DNA of 64,000 nucleotides from Mytilus californianus (Eukaryota). The position numbers and the translations under genes were made by a program. Below are positions 25,707-38,640 of this stretch, in pieces. The notes under the pieces are model-generated. The model saw nothing but the letters and a program-made list of their open reading frames with translations. It was not told the origin of the DNA and searched no databases. Within the stretch, counting starts at the first letter, position 1. Each line of letters starts with the position of its first letter. The stretch spans positions 29,574,001 to 29,638,000 of the forward strand of contig NW_026262593.1 in the NCBI RefSeq assembly GCF_021869535.1, read 5' to 3'.

Positions 25707-26049
25707 CACCGTTTTTTCTCTGTAACCTGTATAAGAATGATTTTATGCTAGTCGAATCAGTCAGTGAATTCGGTCTATTGTATACATATTTTCATTTTTG
25801 CAGCTGACATTCTTTTCAATAACTGAACATGCTTAGCAATTTTGCAATAATACAACTGGGGAAAAATAATTGGTCGCATGCATGTAGATTAAATGAGGTC
25901 GAGTTATTGTCTTGCTAGTTTGCTAGTTAATAATATTTCAGGGAAGTTTTGGTGTTTATTTTGACAAAATTGAACAATACGTTAGCGCTGTTACTAATTT
26001 GTCACTGCCCTCAGAAGACCAAAAACATCCGTGATAAATTAGTTACAGC

Positions 26050-27000
26050 GGTAGTAACGAAACAACCTACTCAAATTCCTGGTATTTTCTATTAACAATG
26101 TGGGAGAATAAAATTTGTTAAGGTCTGAGTACCAGCAGCTGTTTCATTAGCACCTTCACAGAACAAATTTAGACTGTCTACGTATATTCAAACTACAACT
26201 GAGAACACAATGGATGTATTAAAATGTAACACCTGTGGTATCCAAAAAGTGTGAAAAGCAATGTAAAAAAATAACCTTCGGCTGAATAACTATCAATCAG
26301 GGTACAAAAGTATCAAAAACTATCCCGTCACTAGACATCTTTGTCCATAGAAAGATGCATTCTTTGAGAACAATACTTTAAATTAAAGAGAAAATAACAA
26401 ATAAAACGAACTCCAATGTAAATTTATAAAGGGGAAGTCCCTTAGTCCATAAAAACTGACAAAAACTAACCATGCGACTCTTTCAATCAACGCAACAACT
26501 AGAAAACAAGTGTAGTAAACACTGAATTGGATACCGGGGCGAGAAGGCGTATAGAAAACGTTAGGGTCCACCAACTCCACACCTTAAGACATGATGGTTA
26601 ACTGAAGGAAATTTTTTTTAAACGGTACAGGAAATTAGTTTATAATGTGGCATCGTCCTTAACATCTTTGTAATGTTGGCCAAAGGATGTTTCAAGCTTA
26701 TCTGAATATAAAAGTTTTATCATTAAATCAAACGAAAAAAATGGTGAACGTCTTAAAATTTACGCAGCACAATTTGAACTGCTTGTACGAAAGGTACAAT
26801 TAGCTGCAAAAGTTTCATATCAGCATATGATTTCCCCTGAATAACAGCACGGCTAATGAAGCTATCGAGATATTGCTTTACTTTTGCCGGTATCACATTG
26901 TAAATATTCTATATATTTACAACCAATTGTGTGTTATAATTACATTGTAAGTAAATCTATAATTTTTTGTAAAATTGAGTTACATGCAAACAAAACTTTA
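26050..27000 (+). pseudogene. Tentative second, heavily degraded Polinton major capsid relic
   Basis: KQPTQ..MWE near the start, MHSL, GIVLNI, LKIYAAQFELLVRKVQLAAKVSYQHM..LNNSTA..FTFAG, compared with capsid motifs PTQ, LHSLF, NGV.L, L.VRKV.L.P.V...H...L....A.YP..F.IP.G. Confidence 0.4.
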
Positions 27001-27099
27001 TAAATTTCGTGCCTCCGAATCGCTATTTTGGTTTTATTTTCACCAGTAACGCTTAATCCTAAACATATGAAAGTAAAGAAAGTCAAATACGAGGCCTTT

Positions 27100-27235
27100 T
27101 AATGCCGACTATACGGTATGGGTTTTTCCATTATTGAAGGGCGTACGGTGACCCTTAATTGCTTATATCTTCGTCATTTGAACTCTGGTGGATAGTTGTC
27201 TCATTTGCAATCATACCACATCTCCCTACTTTTAT
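27100..27235 (-). mobile_element. Family B fragment
   Basis: atacggtatggg..attattgaagggcgtacggtgacc..gatagttgtctcatttgcaatcataccacatct. Confidence 0.75.
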
Positions 27236-27629
27236 ATTGAAACAATTAACATTTCTCTTCACATGTTTTTTTTTTATAAAATTTGATTAGTTTATTTACC
27301 AATTCCGTAATTGACTCTGTAATATTAGTTGTTTCCCGTAGGAGGGACATAATTTTTCTCTGACAACGAAGAGCTATCGAAAAGAGAAAATATGTTCGTG
27401 TGTAATATTGAAGTTTTTCAAATCTTTTATTTAAGTCAAAAAAAGTCTTTTGTTAGGCTAAAAACTTTCGATATCATTGTTATCATTCATCAAAAAATGG
27501 TAAAAACTCCTATATATATCTTTCAACTTATCATGATGTTCATGGGAAGCAAAACAGAATCATATCAGTAAAAGTATGAAGTAATATTACAATGAGTTGG
27601 GATTAGTTAGCTTGTCAAAAATATAGTTG

Positions 27630-28075
27630 CGTCTAAACCGCCATTGTGTTGTTGTGCTATGGTCATTTTTTGTATTCTTGTCTTTCATTTTTGCTTAATA
27701 TGTACTGTGTCTATATGGCATTTTGTTTTTTCTTTGTTGAAATAGTTATTTGTTTTTATAATGATTAAGATTATAACACAATGTTGACGGCTGTATCTCA
27801 ATTTTTGACAATTTTACCTATTAAGTGTGTTTGTTTTGCTCACACATTATTGTCAATATGTTGAAATTCTATGCGACTGTCATACAAGTGAGAGATTAAG
27901 GTAGCTATAAAACCAGGTTTAATCCACCATTTTCTACATAAGGAAATGCCTGTACCATGTCAGGAATATGACAGTTGTTTTGCATTCGTTCGATGTGTAT
28001 GAGCTTTTTATTTTGCTATTTGATAAAGGACTTTCCGTTTTGAATTTTCCTTGGTATTTTTGCTATTTTACTCAA
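27630..28075 (+). mobile_element. Interspersed repeat family C copy
   Basis: gttcgatgtgtatgagctttttattttgctatttgataaaggactttccgttttgaattttcc matches 11130-11235. Confidence 0.7.
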
Positions 28076-28447
28076 CTTATTCTGACTTTCTTCAATTTTT
28101 TCTCGTTGATAAAGTCTGACAAGTAACGGTTTAAATCAATCTGAATTGAAAAATAAGCACTCTGAATTTTCAAATATTTTCAAAATATTCATATATTTTA
28201 GTGTAGTACATTTATATCCATGTCCTCCGATGTATTCTCGTTCTACAGGCAGATACTAATACGAGACTTTATGCATGGTTTTTATTACTATTACAATGTA
28301 TTTTCACTGACTGCCCAACCAGAATACGCGAACAACTCAATCAGGGGAAAGGTCAGTACTGTACATACATTTTTAATTAGATTTGGTAGGTCAAATAATC
28401 ATGAAATAATGGTTCCACTTCAGGTTCAGCATTGCCAAAGAGAATAA

Positions 28448-28665
28448 ACGACATAGTTGTTTTTCGTTCATTATTTTGTACATAAATTAGCCCGTTAGTT
28501 TTATAGTATGAATTGTTTTACATTTGTCATTTCGGGGCTTTATATAGCTGACTATGCGGTATGGGCTTTGCTCATTGTTGAAGGCCGTACGGTGACCTAT
28601 AGTTGTTAATTTCTGTGTCATTTGGCTTCTTGTCTCATTGGCAATCATACCACATCTTCTTGTGT
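28448..28665 (-). mobile_element. Family B copy
   Basis: agctgactatgcggtatgggctttgctcattgttgaaggccgtacggtgacctatagttg...cattggcaatcataccacatcttct. Confidence 0.85.
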
Positions 28666-30888
28666 TTATAATAAAGATAGTGGTAAATGTGTAAATCACT
28701 GAAGAGCACAAATATTGAAGAATTCATATAAACACTTTCAATAGATCGAGCTAAGGGTTTATATGCTTACATTTTCTACATTTGATCTCGTATGTATATA
28801 GTTGTCTTATTGGTAATCATACCACGTCTATTTATTTTGATACTGAAGCCCTCACAAGGATTGGTATTTTGGCCTAATGTTTGGTAGTCTCGTCATATTC
28901 TGCTCCAAAAGTAACAATGCAATCTCGTTATCAGTGAATTACCTGAATGAGATGTCTGGTTTTACAGAAAGGACAATTATCAAAAAATTATCTTTAAAAA
29001 CAGGCTGATTTGATATAGTTTACTAATTAGTCTTTATTCCAGCAAAGCTAGATGGGGTTCTCTTGTCAACTTAACTTGTCTGTCTCCGTTTAGTTTTTCT
29101 GTCATTCCGACTGTTTTCATATCTTTGCTAATTCATGTGTGCCTGTACTTAGATTTCACATTCTAAAGACAAACGTTTTGCTGATTTACAATAAAGGAAC
29201 ACACACAATGTGTGTTTTTTTTAAGATTTCTTTGTTCTTATATCAATAGATCATAATCTTAATGCTCTTAAGCAAATTAATTTATCAATGTGAAAAACAT
29301 AGCAATCAAACTTAGACTATAATTTATAACATCAATAATTTATCAATTATATAACATCAGAAAAGCCATAAATATGAAAGCAGCTTTGTTTCCATCAATA
29401 AAAATATTGGTCTCTGCCTATTACATGTAACTTGTAGTCAAAGGTTTACAAAAGACTCAGACTTACAAAACAAGATTATATAAAACTACAACTGTCCAAA
29501 CTAAGGCTATATAGCGCAATTTGGAAATATGCCGTAAAGGGACGACAGTTTTGTTTTCGAGGAGAGTGGATGGGTGATGCAGGACGAAATATTCGTTATC
29601 GACTATTGCTATTCTGGCTCATTTATTTTCACTTTTGTACATTAGTATTGCCTGTATTTTGTGAGACAGAACATTTATTTTTATCCTGTTTTTTAACCAG
29701 GTCAGCAGATTCATGCTCAAAGTCCTCCTACCCCCCACCTCTTTCACACCCAAAAATCAAGGGCACAACTTCAATTTATCTAAAGTAGACAAGCAAACAA
29801 TGACTTGTGGTGAGGGAAAAAGTACTCCCAAGTACATGCGTGTGCCTGTAATATCATTTTGATTTTGTTTTTATCTTGCAAAAAGACCGTATTCGATATA
29901 GTACATAAACAAACTAAAAAACTTCCAGAAGTACAAATGCGATTCAATGAGAAGGCTAGTACATACGCCCGTTTTTTATCACTGCAACGTAATAATTTCA
30001 CTGCATGCATGTAGTTGACCATTATGTCTGTAAAATAAACTTGCATATTTTAATAAATAGAAACGTCCTCATTTGGTCCAAAATGCAAAGTTTGAATAAA
30101 ATTGCTTTCTTATTGAAATATACTCCACAATGCCTGTTATCATTAGGTATCCATATCTATAAAATTCAATGACTAGAATAATTAAGTTCCACAAATGTAA
30201 AACCTTAGAAAACAATATTCAAATCTGTCTAAAATAAATGTGCACAACCATTGTGCGATCACAAGTTTAAATAATGTATTAGGAAAACTATTAAAGTCAC
30301 ATATAACACATGTACAAAATAAGTACCTCCATGTATTTCGGACGCCTGACAGATTGACAAACGGAGAGAGCCGACAGGTTATATAATTACTTGCTCTTCA
30401 AACACCTTTTTGCGACACAGGTACTACAAATATGTGCTTGCGTACGGGGGAGGGGGGATTTAAAAACTGCCCGCTTTTTTCTCTAAAAAGTGCATGACCT
30501 TCGGCAAAAACCATGAGTTTCTAAGGACCAATACATCAAACATTTCTGGGCATCAAAATGAACAAAATATCTGAGGTTTCCTTTTTGAATATACTTTGTA
30601 GTTAGTTTTTCTTTTGTTATTACATTTTCTTTCTTCAGTGAGTTAGCAGAAGGGCACTATATTTAACAAAAGCGACCATGTCATATTTTCCTCGACTGTG
30701 AATTTCTTTTAAAATGTATGATGCGATTTCCTTGGACAGCAGACGTTTTTCAAATTACGTATATTCGGTATAAGCGAAACCAAAGGTTTGCAAAACACAA
30801 AACACCAAAACGTTTAAAAGCATAAAATAGGGGCTAAATAACACAGTCAAGAGTAATAACAATAACGGTACCAATTTTACTGAAACAG

Positions 30889-31129
30889 ATTCACATTACG
30901 ACCATTAATGTCTCCTCCAGTAATGCTTGAGGCCGAAATGGTTGAAAATCCAAAGTCTAATACAAACGTTGAAGAACTGATAAAACCAAAAGGACTTAAA
31001 ATAAAACCAAATCCGGACAAGGAATCAGAGTTTTGCATTACCTCAGTGTAAACTTTGGTTAACGTAAAATCACGGCAAAAATAAGAAAAAGCATCACACA
31101 TCGAATTAAACATTCGGTGTCTAGGAAGA
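30889..31129 (+). pseudogene. Pseudo-exon (80 codons, two in-frame TAA) that seeded the 156-bp array
   Basis: aattttactgaaacag|A FTLRPLMSPPVMLEAEMVENPKSNTNVEELIKPKGLKIKPNPDKESEFCITSV*TLVNVKSRQK*EKASHIELNIRCLGR|gtaagt. Protein family not recognised. Confidence 0.45.
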
Positions 31130-32427
31130 GTAAGTAGTAAATTATGTTCCTTCTCTTAATTGTTACATCCGGACAAGGAATCAGAGTTTTGCATTACCTC
31201 AGTGTAAACTTTGGTTAACGTAAAATCACGGCAAAAATAAGAAAAAGCATCACACATCGAATTAAACATTCGGTGTCTAGGAAGAGTAAGTAGTAAATTA
31301 TGTTCCTTCTCTAAATTGTTACATCCGGACAAGGAATCAGAGTTTTGCATTACCTCAGTGTAAACTTTCAATTGGTTAACGTAAAATCACGGCAAAAATA
31401 AGAAAAAGCATCACACATCGAATTAAACATTCGGTGTCTAGGAAGAGTAAGTAGTAAATTATGTTCCTTCTCTAAATTGTTACATCCGGACAAGGAATCA
31501 GAGTTTTGCATTACCTCAGTGTAAACTTTGGTTAACGTAAAATCACGGCAAAAATAAGAAAAAGCATCACACATCGAATTAAACATTCGGTGTCTAGGAA
31601 GAGTAAGTAGTAAATTATGTTCCTTCTCTAAATTGTTACATCCGGACAAGGAATCAGAGTTTTGCATTACCTCAGTGTAAACTTTGGTTAACGTAAAATC
31701 ACGGCAAAAATAAGAAAAAGCATCACACATCGAATTAAACATTCGGTGTCTAGGAAGAGTAAGTAGTAAATTATGTTCCTTCTCTAAATTGTTACATCCG
31801 GACAAGGAATCAGAGTTTTGCATTACCTCAGTGTAAACTTTCAATTGGTTAACGTAAAATCACGGCAAAAATAAGAAAAAGCATCACACATCGAATTAAA
31901 CATTCGGTGTCTAGGAAGAGTAAGTAGTAAATTATGTTCCTTCTCTAAATTGTTACATCCGGACAAGGAATCAGAGTTTTGCATTACCTCAGTGTAAACT
32001 TTGGTTAACGTAAAATCACGGCAAAAATAAGAAAAAGCATCACACATCGAATTAAACATTCGGTGTCTAGGAAGAGTAAGTAGTAAATTATGTTCCTTCT
32101 CTAAATTGTTACATCCGGACAAGGAATCAGAGTTTTGCATTACCTCAGTGTAAACTTTGGTTAACGTAAAATCACGGCAAAAATAAGAAAAAGCATCACA
32201 CATCGAATTAAACATTCGGTGTCTAGGAAGAGTAAGTAGTAAATTATGTTCCTTCTCTAAATTGTTACATCCGGACAAGGAATCAGAGTTTTGCATTACC
32301 TCAGTGTAAACTTTGGTTTACGTAAAATCACGGCAAAAATAAGAAAAAGCATCACACATCGAATTAAACATTCGGTGTCTAGGAAGAGTAAGTAGTAAAT
32401 TATGTTCCTTCTCTAAATTGTTACATC
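31013..32427. repeat. Near-perfect tandem array, 9 units of 156 bp (units 3 and 6 are 161 bp)
   Basis: ccggacaaggaatcag starts at 31013, 31169, 31325, 31486, 31642, 31798, 31959, 32115 and 32271. Confidence 0.98.
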
Positions 32428-32654
32428 TAAAGTGTTGACGTTATAATACGTCGGAATGTCGTATTTGTTGATACACTATATTCGAACATATAGAATATGA
32501 TTGTGACAAAGGGGGTATGTAGGGGCATTAACGCTCGTTTCTGGTCCATGATACGGAATGCTTATGAAAACAACTTTGAATTTACATATGAACTTTATAC
32601 ATGTATAGGGAAATGTATAAAATAAAGACATGCAAAGGATTGTTATGTAGTCGG

Positions 32655-32760
32655 GAAAAAACATGTTCGCCGTACGGTGACCTAAAGTTGTTAATTTCTG
32701 TGTCATTTGGTCTCTTGTGGAGAGTTGTCTCATTGGCAATCATACCACATCTTCTTTTTT
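32655..32760 (-). mobile_element. Family B fragment
   Basis: gccgtacggtgacctaaagttgttaatttctgtgtcatttggtctcttgtggagagttgtctcattggcaatcataccacatcttc. Confidence 0.85.
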
Positions 32761-33297
32761 TATATCTATTTGTTTCATTTGTGTATAGTTAAATTGGACT
32801 TTTTTAAACTGTGAGTACTCTTTGATGGACATAATTTAAAAGACTTTTTTTCAACTGTTAACATATTAATATGACCAAATATCAACTAGTTATTTAAGTG
32901 AACACATACTTTTCCAAAAAACAACCTACTCAAAGATTAAAAATAAACAAACGTCATAGTATGTTGCCATGGTAATTCGTCAATGTTTCATTAAATTTTT
33001 ATTTAGTCATGTTTTACTGCTAAATTTGCAATAAATTTATGGTAAAATATATGCCTTTTGCCACAACAACCTTTGCGTCATACTACAAGACATACACTTT
33101 CAAATTAAACAAGCCGTGTGATAGGATCTTGTTAGAATTATTTTTTTTAATTGATTTTGTTGTTGGTGGAACACCATTTGACTGTACAGAACAAACAAAT
33201 CAACATAGGAACATGGGATTTATTATTAAATCAAATATTATGAATGAGAACTCTTAAACGTGTATGAATAAAGCAGAGTATATTTCAATGAGACAGA

Positions 33298-33470
33298 TGT
33301 AGGTTGCACTTTTGTAAATATAGACAATGCAATTTTCCATAGGAACTCCCTTTGCGGCTAAATCTGTGCCACTTTTACTATGAAGTTTCGTAAAAAATTA
33401 TGTCCTATAACGGAAAGTTGATATGCACTACTTTTTTATTCAAAGGTGAAAACATACGGCTATTTTCAAC
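33298..33470 (+). mobile_element. Interspersed repeat family E copy
   Basis: atagacaatgcaatttt/cccataggaactcccttt..cggctaaa..tgtgccacttttactatgaagtttcgtaaaaaa also occurs at 61637-61800. Confidence 0.85.
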
Positions 33471-33764
33471 GTTTATATGCCCCGAACTTTTAAGATTTAA
33501 ACTTAAACTAAAATTCTGTACTACCCCTAACTTAACTTTGGGTCTTCCTGGGAATTCAATGATCGCCGCTACAATGTGTTTTTATACTGGTAACATTCCC
33601 AAGTTATTTCTCTATGAAATGAAACATAGAGGTCATATCTGGGAACCAGCACATAAAAAAAACCAAAATATCTATTAATATTATATATCTCCCCAAAAGA
33701 GGCGTGGCTTGTGAAACAGCTGTATTTACAAAGTGCAACCTGTAGGGTATATGATAATGAATCA

Positions 33765-35235
33765 TGTGCAGAGTATATGTCAATAAAAAAGATACAGGAT
33801 ATATGTCAATGAGAAAGATACAGGGTATATGTCAATGAGGAGGATGCAGGGTATATGTCAATGAAGAGGATACAGGATATATGTCAATGAGAAGAATGCA
33901 AGGTATATGTCAATGAGAAGGATGCAGGATATATGTCAATGAGAAGGATATAGGGTATATATCAATGAGAAGGATACAGGATATATGACTATTAGAAAGA
34001 TACAGGGTATATGTCAATGAGAAAGATGTAGGTTATATGTCAATGAGACATGAGCAGAGTATATGTCATTGAGAAGGATGCAGGGTATATGACAATGAAA
34101 AGGATGTGCAAGGAATATATCAATGACAAGGATGCAGGGTATATGTCAATGAGAAGGATGTGCAAGGAATATGTCAATGACAAGGATGCAGGGTATCTGT
34201 CAATGAGAAAGATGCAGGAAGTATGTCAATGAGAAAGATACAGGGTATAAGATAAGATAAGATAAATTTTATTAACTAATTTGGGCCCCGTTGGGTATTA
34301 AGATTATATTTAAGAAAGAAAATCCAATAAATGACAGAAAACATATCAAATTACAGACACAAATATACAATATATAAATACTGCATATATGTCATTGAGA
34401 AATATACAGGGTATTTGTCAATTAGAAAGATACAGGGTATATGTCAATGAGAAAGATGCAGGGTATATGTCAATGAGGTGATGCGTAAGGTATATGTCAC
34501 TGAGAAGGACGTAGGGTATATATCAATGAGACGGATGAAGGATATATGTCAATGAGAAGGATGCAGGATATATATGTCAAAGAGAAAGATACAGGGTATA
34601 TGTCAATGAGAAAGATACAGGATATGTCAATGAAAAAGATACAGGATATGTCAATAAAAAAAGATACAGGGTATATGTCAATAAGAAAAAAACTGGGTAT
34701 ATGTCAATCAGAAGGATACAGGGTATATGTCAATGAGAAAGATACAGGTTATATGTCAATGAGAAAGATATAGGGTATATGTTGATGAGAAGGATACAGG
34801 GTATATGTCAATGAGATGATGCGCAGCGTGTATGTCAATGAGAATGATACAGGGTATATGTCAATGAGATGATGCGCAGCGTATATGTCAATCGGAAGGA
34901 TGCACGGTATATGTCAATAAGAAGGATACAGGGTATATGATAATGAGAAGGATACAGGTTATATGTAAATGAGATGATGCGCAGGCTATATGTCAATGAG
35001 AAGGATACAGGGTATATGTCAATGAGATGATGCACAGGGTATATGTCAATTAGAAGGATACAGGGTATATGTCAATAAGATGATGCGCAGCGTATATGTC
35101 AATGAGAATGATGCAGGGTATATGTCAATGAGAAGGAAACAGGGTATATGTCAATGAGAAGGATACAGGTAATATGTCAATGAGATGATGCGCAGGGATT
35201 ATGTCAATGAGAAGGATGCAGGGTTTATGTCGATT
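33765..35235. repeat. 26-bp minisatellite (gtatatgtcaatgagaaggatacagg) with 28-bp variants
   Basis: Dozens of diverged direct repeats without spacers, interrupted at 34248-34385. Confidence 0.97.
34248..34385 (-). mobile_element. Short 5'-truncated non-LTR retroelement 3' end inserted in the minisatellite
   Basis: The minus strand ends ...agttAATAAAatttatcttatcttatcttatctta, i.e. a polyA signal followed by a (TTATC)n tail. Confidence 0.7.
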
Positions 35236-35261
35236 AGACAGATGTAGGGAAAATGTTAAAG

Positions 35262-38200
35262 AGACGATAAAAAATAACATCTCAACACCATGCATGTATA
35301 GAAATATGGTGATATCTCCCGTCGAGCAGCAAGAACCATGACGAAGGAGCATTCGTTTGGCTGTTGGAGATGTATAAATACACAGTCATGTCCAATCGGA
35401 ATGGTTACATTAAATCTGAGACGCGTATTGGAAGAGTACAACTGTCTTTGGGCGTTCAAAAACCATTGCAACAACCCATCGAGGAGTATGCATAACTGAA
35501 GCCCTTGTCGGAAAATTACAACGATCTCTGCACAGTCAAAAACCACAACACAACCACCCATATGAGGGGTCTATATGACATGCAGCTATGCTATCTTTAT
35601 CAAACATACGCTCTTTTTCAGTGGAATTCCAAATAATCAAACCTTAATTCTTGTCGACCCACTTGCTAGATTTATTTTCAATTTGTTTTCGTCTTGAATA
35701 TGCATGCTGAACGTAAACCAACCATCAATCAACAATCAATCAATAAAAAATGATGATCAATTCAGGACCATTGTTTTCTAAAAACGAACGAAATTCTACA
35801 AAAAAAATGTCTTTTGTCGTTAGGAGATACATATTATTCTGTTTAGAAAATGGAAAGTTCAGACTTTTTTTCAAAATTAATTGACTTAAATAGTGCATAT
35901 TTATGCTGTTTATGATTACAAGTCATTAACATTTTAAATTCCTGTATATTAAACACAATTTATGAGTTTTTTTATTACGTTTTTAGAATTAACCCGATCC
36001 TTAGGGCATACATTTGTACTTCCGAAAATCAAACAAGATTAATTAAAAGTGAATAAAAATGTCGTGATTTTGTCTACACAACATACCAAGGATTTATATA
36101 GTAATTAAGATTGTACTACATAAATCCTTAAACCTACGAACCAGTTTTCAGACGGACAGTTTTTTGTTATTGTAAAATCTATAAGAATGTAATTTTCCTA
36201 CACATATTCAGTCACTTGTCGCATTCTTCCTTAGTAATCAAATACTAACCAATGTAACAATTGACAAGAACAAATGTGTAATTAAAGACACGTTTCGTTC
36301 TATCACATGTTCTCAATAGGTCAAATAGGTCCACCAGGAAGCATGAATATTTATGCATACAGACATGGATACGTAAGATGCATGTCTAAAGAAATTACAG
36401 TGTGGCTTAAAAATAACATTGCGCGTAAATTTCTCGTTTCGTCATGGTTGTTTTGGGATAGAGAAAAATGCTCGATCTTGCACGTGTAAGGGTGTATTGT
36501 ATTGATGGAGTAAAATATTTATATCCTACAAACTTGACTCAATTTTCAATTTCATTTTCAACCGAAAGAAAATACCATTATGACAATGCACAAGTACATA
36601 CGCGCGCGCATCAATATATACCAAAATTACGACATTGTATTTTATAAGAAAAAAGAGGTAGCCTAGGGCTTTTATCCCCTGAATTTATTTCACACCAAAT
36701 ATCATTTTCTCAAAGTCCTTCAATCTTACTTAAAATCCACAGTACCATAGATTCATATGTGTACTTTCAAGTTTTAATACCTTTTTGGCGTATTTCAGAA
36801 CATAATCATGAACAAATTGTAAATGCCTAAAGATGGCTCAAAACTACAATTTGGACAGGTTTTTTGGTGAAAAATATGATTTATTAAAAAAAATGTATGG
36901 GTGTGGTTCCTTTTTGAATTTACGTTGGAGTTCTTTTTTTGTTTGTTTTGTTAAATGCACGATTAAAAAATGACACCTCAACACCATATATAGAAGTATG
37001 GTTGATATTTCCCATCGAGCAACAAGAACCATGATGAAGGAGCATTCGTTTGACTGTGGGGATATAAAAATACAAAAGGCACGTCCAATCGGAAAAGTTA
37101 CGTTAAATCCTGACACTTGTATTAAAAGAGTGCGATGGTGTTTGTGCGTTCAAAATCCATTGAAACAATCTTTCGTGGGGTATGCAAAACTGAGGCCTTC
37201 TTGGAAAAGTAAAACGCTCTCTGTGCGATTAAAACCAACAACACAACCACCCTTTGAGGGGTCTATATGACGGGTCTATATGACATGCAGCATTGCATGA
37301 ATTCTATCTCTATCCAACATACGCTCTTTTTCAGTGGAATTTGACATAATCCAACCTTAATTCTGGTCGACCCACTTTGTAGAATCTACTTGTTTGATTC
37401 ATTTTCAATTTGTTCTCGTCTTTGGTATGCATGAAATATTTGCTATTGAACGTAAACCAACCATCAATCAGGCAATCAATCAATAAAAAATGACGTACAT
37501 TTCAGGATCATTGTTTTACTAAAAACGAACGAAATTCTTTAAAAAAAACTTTCTTCTATCGTTAGGAGATTTATACGTATTAGTGCAGATTTGTTTAATT
37601 CAAAATTAATTGACTTAAATAGTGCATATTTATGCTTGTTTATGTTTACAAGTCATTAACAGTTTAAAGTCCTGTATATTATACACAATTTATGAGTTTA
37701 TTTATTACGTTTTCAGAATCAACCCGATCCTTAGGTGATTCATTTTTTACTTCCGAAAATCAAGCGAGATTAATTAAAAGTGAATAAAAATGTCGTAACT
37801 TTGTCTACACAACATACCAAGGATTTATATAGTAATTAAGATCGTACTACATAAATCCTTTAACCTACGAACCAGTTTTTAGACTGACAGTTTTTTGTTA
37901 TTGTAAAATCAATAAGAATGTAATTTGCCTATCCATACTTACATGCACATTCTTCCTTAGTAATCAAATAATAACCAATGTAACAATTGACAAGAACAAA
38001 TTTAATGTGTTGTTAAAGACACGTTTCTTTCTATCACATGTTCTCAATAGGTCAAACTAGGAAACATGAATATTAATATCATATAGACATGGATGCTTAA
38101 GGTGCAAGTCTAGAGAAATTACATTGGGGCTTAAAAATAACATTGCGCGTAAATTCCTCCTTTAGTCATGGTTGTTGAGAGAGAAAGAAAGAGAAATACT

Positions 38201-38640
38201 CGATCTTACACGTGTAAGTGTGTATTTATGGAGTAAAATGTTTATACTATTATCCTATAAACTTGATTCAGATTTCAATTTCATTTTAACCGACAAAAAA
38301 TACACACGCGCACATCAATATATACCAACATTACTACATTGTATTTTCCAATTCTTTATAAGAAAAAGAGGTAGCCTAGGGCCTTTTTCCCCCTGAATTT
38401 ATTTCACACCAAAATGCCATTTTCTCAAAGTCCTTCGATCTTACTTACAATCCACCGCTAGTATCAAAGATATATATGTGTGCTTTCAAGTTTTAATGAC
38501 AATTTGGCGTATTTCAGAACATCATTATAAACAATTTGCAAATGCTATAAGATGGCTTAAAAGGATAGTTTGGACAGTGTTTTTTTTTCCTTTTTTTTTT
38601 TTTTGGCGGGGAGGGGGGTAAAAATTTGATCAATTATCAA
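35262..38640. repeat. Old tandem duplication of ~1.7 kb (35262-36960 and 36961-38640)
   Basis: Collinear diverged matches at ~1700-bp offset, e.g. agaaccatga.gaaggagcattcgtttg (35335/37025), taaatccttaaacctacgaaccagtttt (36121/37853), aagaaaaaagaggtagcctaggg (36647/38360). Confidence 0.92.

Noticed and set aside
30877-32296. Minus-strand ORFs made of 52-aa repeats (MQNSDSLSGCNNLEKEH...)
   Set aside because: They arise from a 156-bp (multiple of 3) tandem unit and are the antisense shadow of the plus-strand pseudo-exon. The 5-bp insertions break the frame and there is no start or splice context.
33765-35235. Short direct-repeat array resembling CRISPR, and ORFs at 34050, 34546 and 34835
   Set aside because: The units are adjacent and diverged with no unique spacers, no cas genes are present and the context is eukaryotic. 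It is a minisatellite and the ORFs are by-products.
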